Assembly: GCA_048213135.1 (NCBI GenBank)
Contig: PS015242.1
Span: 1,726 to 48,164, forward strand
Source: Reclinomonas americana ATCC 50394
Lineage: Eukaryota
Direction of reading: 5' to 3'
Length of the DNA stretch: 46,439 nucleotides
Part shown: positions 32,452 through 43,200 of the stretch, in pieces
Layout of the letters: each line of letters starts with the position of its first letter
Numbering within the stretch: the first letter of the stretch is position 1
The notes under the pieces: generated by a model
Told to the model about the DNA's origin: nothing
The model's input: the letters and a program-made list of their open reading frames with translations, nothing else
Databases searched by the model: none
Position numbers and translations under genes: made by a program

Positions 32452-33119
32452 GTANNNNNNNNNNNNNNNNNNNNCTCCTCCTCCTCCCTCCTCTCCTCCT
32501 CCTCCCTCCCTCCCTCCCTCCCTCCTCCTCTCTCTCTCTCTCTCTCTCTCCCCCTCTCCCCCCACCCACCTGTGACCACCAACTGCGAGCCGGCCGACGT
32601 CAAATCATAATCGCCCGCCACCAACCACACATTCATCGTCGTCCACGTCGTCCCCACCGACGCCACACTGAATCCCTGCGCGCCTACACACGCATCCACC
32701 GCCTGATCCAGTGTACAAGGCGAATCCACATCCTCCCCGCAGGCGTCAGTGCCCAGTGAGCCTCCCGGCGACACATACACTACACACAAAATCGGACAAA
32801 ATCAATCAATCCTTCTCTGTTTTCTCTCTGTCTCTCTTTCTCAGTCTGCGTGTGTACCTTGACACGTGTCGGCAGTCGACGCTGGTGGTGTAATGACAGC
32901 GCGAGTGGCGAATCGGTGGTGAACATGGCCGGTGGACGACGGCACAACGGCCGCACTCGCTCTTGATCGCACACTCGGTAACCAGTTTGCTGGCGATGTG
33001 TGTGGCGACGATGGTGATTCATGAGCTGCTGTTTCTATTGCTGTTGTGGAGTACACCGCTGTAATCATTAATATCGTGACTGCGATGATGAGTAGCTTGG
33101 TCGCATTGATGGCGGTCAT
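16494..33119 (-). CDS. Large secreted Pmp-like (GGA/FxxN) beta-helix + Cys-rich (GCC2/GCC3-like) + multi-pass membrane receptor-like protein, about 40 exons
   Basis: Signal peptide MTAINATKLLIIAVTILMITAVYS at 33119. VYVSPGG..CGEDVDSPCTL cap. Dozens of F..N / GGGA[VLI] repeats. DVFGQ segment. Cys-rich CPAGLQY..CEACPTGTY..CLPCPLNVDCQGG..CPYDYC..PLCGACL|DGY..ECIPC. Several hydrophobic helices with FTLQ, FGVLYDAYR..WF, RRLVLL and PY..ENIME|TISL motifs. Ser/Pro-rich tail, TAA at 16494-16496. Confidence 0.85.
26808..27225. repeat. Complex-sequence tandem repeat, unit 120-121 bp, about 3.5 copies, intronic
   Basis: ACAA[A/G]TCCCT at 26821, 26942, 27062 and 27183. Confidence 0.9.
29579..29642 (-). 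other. Probable GC-AG intron
   Basis: GGA G|gcgaga...ttgacag|GT GCC. It is the only phase-1 donor available, at the position where 12 sister introns use GT. Confidence 0.65.
30199..30510. repeat. (CA)n microsatellite with internal gap
   Basis: Long cacaca runs flank the Ns at 30241-30367. Confidence 0.95.
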
Positions 33120-33947
33120 GGATTGAAACCACCACCACTGCACTGCGCACTCTGAGTGAGAGAGGGTGATAGGGAAAAGGGTGTTTGCTGAGTGTCACAC
33201 CACCACACCACTGCTCCTTTCTTCAAGCGACTCGCGACAAGGAAGCAGACAGGGCGGTGCGCATGCTCGCGACCCGCTGAAAAAGGAAATGCGTCCCCAC
33301 GGAGTAGTGGGAGAGAGTGTGTGTGAGAGAGAGAAAGCGGAGGAGAACGATGCGCAATGCTTGGGAGGCGCAGCGTGCTGTCGCTGGTGCTGTTTCGTGC
33401 CGGCTGTCGCATATGCTCATTCATGTCACGTTCGATCTCAAGTTGTTGACCACTTCCGCACATTCGTGACATTGAGCACACACATGCTGTTATATTTGCA
33501 GTGCAAGTTCCTCGCTCTTCTCCCTCAGTGTGGAGTGCATCAGTGGTAAGACAGAATGGCACTGGCATGAAGCGAGACTCGCAGCGACTCGACGTAATAG
33601 GCAAGTAGAAAAGTGTCCGGACCTGCGTAGAAAATCTCAAAAATGAACTGCTGGCCATCTCCCTCCTCACCATATGCCACGCACCAGAGGAAAGTCAGGT
33701 AGAAACGCAGCAATGTGTGAGAAAACCTCAGCCGCAGAGAGTGAGAGAAGTTGTCTGCAAATTGTTGAAAGGCGCCCCTGTGGGGACCTCGACAATTAAC
33801 CTCCACCGACAGTGGTGCTGTCTCCGGTGCCAGAGGGACCGTCCGAGAATAAAAAAACAAGCGAGTCGCCACACCACTCCACTCCACACCGCAGCGTTAG
33901 GCGAGCCATTGATCATTCATTCTCCATTATGTACTGGCGTTATTCCA

Positions 33948-36900
33948 TCACGCGTCGCCCAACATGCCACTCTCCTCGGCACTCGCGCACAGCGCCAGCG
34001 CCTCCTGCAGCTCCGACGCCATTCTCTCCGGCAACGCGTTCACCAACGACGCAAAACTCTCACTCGCGGCGGCGTTGAATTGCGTCATGAAACGGTAAAT
34101 GTGTGCCTGTGGGGGGTGGACGCGAGGAGTGAGACGAGGAGGAGAGGAGAAAATGGAGGTTGTTGTGTATGCGCGCGTACCGAGAGGTTGATCTTGAACA
34201 CGGGGTCCTCGTCCACGTCGGGGTCGCTGAAGCCCACGGCGTCGTCCTCGTCTTCCATCACCACTTGGTTGAGCGCGGAGACGAGGTCGCTGTAGGGGGG
34301 AAGGAGATGAGAGAGGAGATGGAATGAAGGGAGGGAACAGAAAGTGAGAAACAGGAATGGGGTGAAGAATAAACGACAGAGGAGACAGGGGATGAGACGA
34401 TTGGGGAGTGGAGACGACGAGGAGTGGAGACGAGGAGGAGTGCAGACGAGGAGGAGTGCAGACGAGGAGGAGTGCAGACGAGGAGGAGTAGAGTGAGGAG
34501 GAGTGGAGGTGAGGAGGAGAGAGGGTGAGTAGAAACGAAGGAAGTGGAGAGACGAGGAGGAAGAGTGGAGACGAGGGGGAGTGGAGAAAAAGGGAGTGGA
34601 GACAAGCAGCCAGGCAATGGAAGGGAGAGACGAGGCGAATGGAGATGGGGGAAGTGGAGACGAGGGCGAGTGGAGACGAGGGCGAGTGGAGACGAAGAGG
34701 GAGTGGAGACGAAGAGGGCGTGGAGACGAAGGGAGACAGGAGACGAGGAGGAGTGGAGACGAGGGCGAGTGGAGACGAGGAGGGAGTGAAGATGAGGGGG
34801 AGTGGAGACGAGGGCGAGTGGAGACGAAGAGGGAGTGGAGACGAAGAGAAGTGGAGACGAGGAGGAGTGGAGACGAAGGGAGACAGGAGACGAGGAGGAG
34901 TGGACACGAGGGGAGGGAGTGGAGACGAAGGGAGTGGAGACCAGGAGGCGGAGAGGCGAGGGGGGGGGGGGTGGCGGACACGAAGAGGCGGAAACGGAGA
35001 GGCGGAGACGAGCAGCCAGGCAATTGAAGGGAGACGCGAAGGAGAGACGAGAGGAGACGAGAGGAGACGAGAGGAGACGAGAAAGAGAGAAACAGGAATG
35101 CAACAATACATTTTGCACGCAACTCATAGTCCTCTGCCGGCGCAAACATGCTTTGCGGTCCTCCTCCAGCCTGCAACAATTTCTATCAAAAACCACACTT
35201 CAACAGCGGGAAACGAAAACATGCACGCACCGCTGCACCGCTGAAACGCGCCACAAACGCCTCGTCGTCCTCGTCGTCGTCATCATCATCGTCACCACCC
35301 TCCTCATCGTCATCCTCATCATCGTCGTCATCGTCGTCCCCGGCATCATCATGGGCGAGACCGAACAGCTTCTTCGTGCGCACGTGTTGCACGTCGCGCG
35401 TGAGGAACGTGACGAGGAGCATGAACAGCCGCAGGACGGCCGGCATCGGCTCAAAGTTGAACTCGGCCGGAGCTGTACGCACACACATATCAGACCTCTG
35501 TTTCCATACAGTCCGCCGCCGCCCGCCACTCACCCATTTGCTTGGACTTGGAGCGCGTCATCATGCCGCTCTTTGCAAAGGCCTTGGAGCCCGGCAACCG
35601 GAACATGACGGTGAATTCTTGCACTCGTTCCGGACTCTCGCTCAGCAGCTTGGTGATGGCGCACGTGCTGTGATCAATGAAAACCAACGATCAGCACCAC
35701 GAGAAAAAGGGTGTGAACGTGGACGCGTCATCACCTCCGTTGCAGTTCAAACTTGCTGACAAACGACATGATCGAGGACGGCCACTTGTTCAACAATATC
35801 TGCAGGCCATTCACTTGCGCGGGAACATTGTCCAGGGAGCCGACGGCAAACGTCTGCAGCCACTGCGCCATGGCTGTGACAGCATTGTCAGCATCAAGTG
35901 GGGCATAGTGCATTTCACGCAGTCACTCACACACCTTCCACGTCCTTGTGATCGGTCCCGGTGGGCGATGGGGGCGTTGGAATGCTGAAGCTGCACAGCA
36001 GATCCAGCAGAGCGTCGCCATGCAGAATGTAGAGGTGGACGAGAATGCTCGATAGCCTCTGTGGCGCGAGGAAAATGAGCGGCAGGGTGATAGGTGGGGA
36101 AGGAAAAGCGTCAACAAGCACGGAACGTGTGCCATGGACGGGTCGTACGTCCACGCAAGTCGCTGTGTCACGGCCAGCACCATGTTGGAGAAGTGCGGTT
36201 GCATGGCCTCCGGGAACTGTGGGGTGTGAGGGAAAGGGAGGCAGTGAGGGGAGGAGGGAGGAGGGACGAGAGGGAGGAGGGACGAGAGGGAGGAGAGGAG
36301 AGGAGAGGGAGAGAGAGGGAGGAGAGGGGAGGAGTGGGGAGGAGTGGGGAGGAGAGGGGAGGAGAGGGGAGGAGAGGAAGAAGGTAGGGAGGGTGAGCGT
36401 AGAACACGACGAGAGAGAGAGCGCGCAACGCGACGGGGGAAAGCGTGGAACACGACGGGGGAAAGCGTGGAACACGACGGAGAGAGCGTGGAACACGACG
36501 GCGAGAGCGTGGAACACGACAGGAAAGAGCGTGGAACACGACAGGAGAGAGTGTGCAACACGACGCGAGAGAGTGTGCAACACGACGCGAGAGAGTGTGC
36601 AACACGACGCGAGAGAGTGTGCAACACGACGGGGTAAAGCGCGGAACACGACGCGAGAGAGCGTGCAACACGACACGAGAGAGCGTGCAACACGACGGGA
36701 GAGAGTGCGCAACACGACGGGAGAGAGCGTGGAACACGACATGAGAGAGTGTGCAACACGACGAGAGAGAGCGTGCAACACGACAGGAGAGAGTGTGCAA
36801 CACGACAGGAGAGAGTGTGCACTACGACAGGAGAGAGTGTGCAACACGACAGGAGAAAGTGTGCAACACGACAGGAGAGAGCGTGGAACACGACGGGGGA

Positions 36901-37196
36901 AAGCGTGGAACACGACGCGAGAGAGCGTGCAACACGACACGAGAGAGTGTGCAACACGACAGGAGAGAGTGTGCACCACGACAGGAGAGAGTGTGCACCA
37001 CGACAGGAGAGAGCGTGGAATACGAAGGAGAGAGCGTGGAATACGAAGGAGAGAGTGTGCAACACCACAGGAGAGAGTGTGCAACACGACAGGAGAGAGA
37101 GTGCAACACGACATGAGAGAGCGTGCAACACGACAGGAGAGAGTGTGCAACACGACGGAGAGAGCGTGGAATACGAAGGAGAGAGCGTGGAACACG

Positions 37197-37232
<36 letters not shown>

Positions 37233-40200
37233 ACAACGACGAGAGGAGAGTGTGCNNNNNNNNNNNNNNNNNNNNNNNNNNNNNNNNNNNNNNNNNNNNN
37301 NNNNNNNNNNNNNNNNNNNNNNNNNNNNNNNNNNNNNNNNNNNNNNNNNNNNNNNNNNNNNNNNNNNNNNNNNNNNNNNNNNNNNNNNNNNNNNNNNNNN
37401 NNNNNNNNNNNNNNNNNNNNNNNNNNNNNNNNNNNNNNNNNNNNNNNNNNNNNNNNNNNNNNNNNNNNNNNNNNNNNNNNNNNNNNNNNNNNNNNNNNNN
37501 NNNNNNNNNNNNNNNNNNNNNNNNNNNNNNNNNNNNNNNNNNNNNNNNNNNNNNNNNNNNNNNNNNNNNNNNNNNNNNNNNNNNNNNNNNNNNNNNNNNN
37601 NNNNNNNNNNNNNNNNNNNNNNNNNNNNNNNNNNNNNNNNNNNNNNNNNNNNNNNNNNNNNNNNNNNNNNNNNNNNNNNNNNNNNNNNNNNNNNNNNNNN
37701 NNNNNNNNNNNNNNNNNNNNNNNNNNNNNNNNNNNNNNNNNNNNNNNNNNNNNNNNNNNNNNNNNNNNNNNNNNNNNNNNNNNNNNNNNNNNNNNNNNNN
37801 NNNNNNNNNNNNNNNNNNNNNNGAGAGAGAGAGAGAGAGAGAGAGAGTGCAACACGACAGGAGAGAGTGTGCAACACGACGGGAGAGTGTGTGCAACACG
37901 ACGCGAGAGAGTGTGCAACACGACGGGAGAGAGTGTGCAACACGACGCGAGTGAGTGTGCAACACGACGCGAGAGAGTGTGCAGCACGACAGGAGAGAGT
38001 GTACAACACGACAGGAGAGAGTGTGTAACACGACAGGAGAGAGCGTGGAACACGACGCGAGAGAGAAGGAGTGCACGCTTGCTCCACTCTTCAGCGCGCT
38101 CCCTCCATCTCTCTCCCCCTCTTCCCCACTCACCCTCCTGAACATCTTGACGACCAAATTGGTGATGTACAACATGGCCAGTTCGTTTTCGTGCGACAGC
38201 ACACGGAACACAAATTGCACAATCCACTCGAATGCCGTGTATTCCTCCGTCCGCCACGTTGTGAGCAGCGTCTGGTCGTGGCGCAGAAGCGAGCGCAGTG
38301 CCTCGCAGCCGGACTGATGAAATACAAGGGAGACAAAGAATCAGATAATCGCTCATTCCGCACCACTATACCGCTGTCATATCATCACGCCTCCTCTCCT
38401 TTCGTCTGTGTCACTTCCTCCTACACTCTCTTCGTCTACTTCTTCTTTTGACATTCCCATTTCCTTTCACGTTCTCATTCTTCAACGTTTGCTTTTTGTT
38501 TCACACTCACAATAAGTGTCTCCTTTCGCCTTTTTCTCTCTCCCTCTCGCTCTCCTTCCCCTCTTCCTGTTCCTGTTCCTGTTCCACTTCCACTTCCACT
38601 TCCTCTTCCTCTTCCTCTTCCTCTTCCTCTTCCTCTTCCTCTTCCTCTTCCTCTTCCTCTTCCTCTTCCTCTTCCTCTCCCCTCCCCCTCCCTCTCCCTC
38701 TTCCTCTTCCTCTTCTCTCTCTCTCTCTTCCTCTTCCTCTCTCNNNNNNNNNNNNNNNNNNNNNNNNNNNNNNNNNNNNNNNNNNNNNNNNNNNNNNNNN
38801 NNNNNNNNNNNNNNNNNNNNNNNNNNNNNNNNNNNNNNNNNNNNNNNNNNNNNNNNNNNNNNNNNNNNNNNNNNNNNNNNNNNNNNNNNNNNNNNNNNNN
38901 NNNNNNNNNNNNNNNNNNNNNNNNNNNNNNNNNNNNNNNNNNNNNNNNNNNNNNNNNNNNNNNNNNNNNNNNNNNNNNNNNNNNNNNNNNNNNNNNNNNN
39001 NNNNNNNNNNNNNNNNNNNNNNNNNNNNNNNNNNNNNNNNNNNNNNNNNNNNNNNNNNNNNNNNNNNNNNNNNNNNNNNNNNNNNNNNNNNNNNNNNNNN
39101 NNNNNNNNNNNNNNNNNNNNNNNNNNNNNNNNNNNNNNNNNNNNNNNNNNNNNNNNNNNNNNNNNNNNNNNNNNNNNNNNNNNNNNNNNNNNNNNNNNNN
39201 NNNNNNNNNNNNNNNNNNNNNNNNNNNNNNNNNNNNNNNNNNNNNNNNNNNNNNNNNNNNNNNNNNNNNNNNNNNNNNNNNNNNNNNNNNNNNNNNNNNN
39301 NNNNNNNNNNNNNNNNNNNNNNNNNNNNNNNNNNNNNNNNNNNNNNNNNNNNNNNNNNNNNNNNNNNNNNNNNNNNNNNNNNNNNNNNNNNNNNNNNNNN
39401 NNNNNNNNNNNNNNNNNNNNNNNNNNNNNNNNNNNNNNNNNNNNNNNNNNNNNNNNNNNNNNNNNNNNNNNNNNNNNNNNNNNNNNNNNNNNNNNNNNNN
39501 NNNNNNNNNNNNNNNNNNNNNNNNNNNNNNNNNNNNNNNNNNNNNNNNNNNNNNNNNNNNNNNNNNNNNNNNNNNNNNNNNNNNNNNNNNNNNNNNNNNN
39601 NNNNNNNNNNNNNNNNNNNNNNNNNNNNNNNNNNNNNNNNNNNNNNNNNNNNNNNNNNNNNCTCTGTCTCCCTCTTCCTCTTCCTCTTCCTCTTCCCTTT
39701 TTGTCTTCCCCTCCTTCCCCTCTTTCTCCCCTCGCCTCACCGTGATAACCTCCATGGTCTCCGTGTGCATGAGCACAGTCATCAGCGGCACAAAGTACGT
39801 CTGCAGCAGGAACTCGCCGGCCTCCGTGCCCGCCACCGACATGTTGCCAAACACTTTCGAGAGCATGTCCACCGCTTGCTGCGCGTACATAGTGAACAAG
39901 AGATATTGCCAAGCCAAGCAACCAACCCCGCACTCACCTCCACCAACGCCTTGTTGTCGGCATTTGCGTGCTCGAGAATCTGCACGATCGGTTCGTGGAT
40001 GTGTCGCAGCACGTGTTCCACGGCGCCCGGAGTGCGCAGCATGCAGCCGATAATGTCAAACACGCCGGTCTGCAATATACAGGGTGAGGATGCTGAAAAA
40101 CAAGGCGGGATTGTTGACGACAAACCATGAGCAGCACGTCGTCGTTAAAACGATGCCACACACGAATGAGCGCAGCGGAGACTTGGTCCGCCGCCGCCTC

Positions 40201-43200
40201 GGTCACTTGCGGATCCAACTGCGGCGCGTGTACGAGTTAGTCAACAATCGAATGGGGGTATCCCTCTCTCCCAGCCCACCTCCAAAGCCGGCAGCAGCGT
40301 GTTGAACACCGTGTCCATGGACTCCTTCTCCGCCGTCTCAATCAAGCGCGTGGCGTTGTCAGCAATGGTGGCGGCAAACGGCGCAAACATTGAGTTGTCC
40401 TCGGCGTCCTCCAGCATACTGCGAGTGGGCGGGAATAGAGGTGAGACGGCGCAGCGGAGTTGCATTGCACGAAACACAAGAGATGCGCACTTGTGCAGCG
40501 CCTGACACGCAGAGTACTTGACGGGCACCGGCATGGACGGGTGCATCGAGTCCGTCATCAACGTCAGCACGCGCTCCCTGCTGACCGTCTCGGTCTCTTG
40601 CAGCAGCGAGAAGTGCGTGCCGAGGTACCACAGCGCGCGGCCGTGCAGGTAGAGGTTGGCTGTGAGGGGGGAAAAAAGGGGAAGGCAGTGAGGGGGAAGG
40701 GGTGACGGGGCAGGGGGAAGAGGAGAAGGGTAGGGCGAAGGAACGCAAAAGAAGGGGAAGGAAAGCGGAGAAAAGCGAAGGGGAGGGAAGGAAAGCGAAG
40801 AAATGCGAAGAAAAGCGAAGAAAAGCGAAGAAAGGCGAAGAAAAGCGAAGAAAAGCGAAGAGAAGCGAAGAAAAGCGAAGAGAAGCGAAGAGAAGCGAAG
40901 AAAAGCGAAGAAAAGCGAAGAAAAGCGAAGGAAAGCGAAGGAAAGCGAAGGAAAGCGAAGGAGAGGGAAGGTGAGGGAAGGAAAGGGAAGGAATGCGGAG
41001 GAAAGCGAAGGAATGTGAAGAAACGCGATGAAATACGAGGGAATGTGAGGGAATGCGAAGGGCGATGGGGATGCAAGAAGGAGAGAGTGAAATAGACACA
41101 ATAAACTGCAGAATGTAGAACAGAGAAAGGAGAGGAATGAACACAGAGAAAAATTACAAGAGAGATCAGAAAGCAAACAGAAATGACAAGAGCACTTTGA
41201 CAAAAGGACTGCAACATAGACTGAGGAAGTGAGCAGAGCGAGGGAGGAAAAGAAAGAGACATCCTTCACACGGCTACTTATACGATTATCTGAATACAGC
41301 TAACTCTCCACCTCCATTCCCTCTCATTTTCTCCGAGCGCTCAACCATGCGACACAAGATCATCAGACTGTTCGGAGCCTCAACTCAAACCCAAAGAACG
41401 TAGATCTGCATGAGCTGAAGTGCGTGGAGACGGAAGGGATACGAAACACAACAGGAAACGATAGCGTGAATAGAGAAAGCGGGTGCAACTCATTTCTTCT
41501 CTGTAGATTCTCTCTTCTCCTCGTCTCCACCTCTCTCCACCTCTCTCCCCTCTCTCCACTCCACCTCTCTTCACCTCTCTCCACTCCTCTCCTCCTCTCT
41601 CCACCCCCATTCCCCTTTCCTCCTTCCTCCTTCCCCCTTTCCCATCTCCCTCCCCTTTCCCTCTTTCCCCTTCCCCTACAAACCTCCCCCCGACAAATCA
41701 TCGCGAATCAACACCTCGGCCACCTCCGTGCAACTGTACGGCAACTTGACCGCCTCCACATCACCGTCGGCCTCCATCAGCATGTGCTTGGACATGTGGC
41801 CGAGGAAGAGCACGCTCACTTCGCGCAGCTTCCACCAGCTGGAGGCGGGGTCGGCGACCGACTGCGCCGCCGCCTGCTCCATGCTCTTCATCACGGCATT
41901 CAGCAGTGCCTCCACCGCCAGCTCCTCAAACGATGACAGCATTTGCTGTGCGCAGAGGGGAGTGAGCGCGGAGGGAATGGAAAATAAGTGTGCGTGCGCG
42001 GCACTCACCAATACAAGCTCCACGGCAAAGGTGCGCACGGTGAACTCCATCGAGTCTTCGTCCTCGGCACACACGTACTGGTTTGCATCGTGCAACCACT
42101 CCTCTTCCTGTGAGGCAACAGAAAAGGTTGGCTTTCTCTCACATCATCTGTTCGTGGCTCTCTCCGCGTGTATGTGTATATATGTGTGTACGTGTGTTCA
42201 TGAGAGTGTGTGTGTGTGTGTAAGCGAGCGTGAGTGTGTGTGTGAGAGTGAGTGTGTGTGTGAGTGAGTGTGTGTGTGAGAGTGAGTGTGTGAGGAGAGT
42301 GAGTGCATGAGTAAGAGGGAAGAGTGTGAGTGAGCGAATGAGTGAATGAGTGCTTGCGTGAGCGAGTGAGAGAGTTAGAGAGAGAAGCGTGTGTACGAGT
42401 GTGTGTGCGCGTGTGTGTGTGTGTGTATCAACCAGTCCTCGTCAATTCTCCCTCAGTCCCTCTCTGTTTCACCCTCAGTTTCTCTCTGTTTCATCCTCAG
42501 TTTCTCTCAGTCTCTCTCAGTCTCACTCTCTCTTTCTGCCTCTTCTCTTTCTCTCAGTCTCTGTCAGTCTTTGCCTGTCCCTGTCCGTCTCTGACAGCCG
42601 TTAGTATCTGTTAGTCTCTGACCGTCTCTGCACTGTCTCTGTCAGTCTCTGTCAGCTCTGTCAGTCTCTGTTAGTCTTGTCAATCTTTGTCCGTCTCTAC
42701 ACTCTGTGACTCTCTGTCCGTCTCTGTTAGTGTCTTGTCAGTTTCTGTCTGTTTCGGTTCTGCCTTTCACAATCTGTCTCAGACTCTCTCTCTCTCTCTT
42801 TTCTCTCCCGCTCTCTCTTCTCTCCCTCTCTCTTCTCCCCAGTCTCTCTCTCCCAGTGTCTCTCTCAATTGACAGTGCATGCACTGGCGGTCTCGCGAAC
42901 TGGGCGCCACCTCGTCTCAGGCAGTGGACTTACCGATTGCTCTGTGCGTGTGTGGTCACTGGAGTCATTCACCCAAGTGCAAGAGCCTCTCTTTGTCTCT
43001 CACAGTCTCTCTCTCTCTCTCTTCTCTCTCGCTCTCAGTCTCTCTCTCACTCTCCGTCATTCTCTCGCAGTCTCTCTCTTCTCTCTCGTAGTCTCTCTCC
43101 CTACTCTCTCGCTCTCATTTTCTCTCTCATTCTCCCTCTTCCCCCCTCTCCCTCCCTCTTCGTCCCTCTCCCCCCCTCTCTCCCTCTCCTCCCACCCATC

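Noticed and set aside
36403-38062. CRISPR-like array, or long Cys/His/Arg-rich ORFs
   Set aside because: Units are contiguous with no unique spacers, there are no cas genes, and it lies in a eukaryotic intron. The ORFs are by-products of stop-free repeats and Ns.
38448-40130. Very long ORFs spanning N runs (also at 10409-12281)
   Set aside because: Artefacts of translating gaps and simple repeats.
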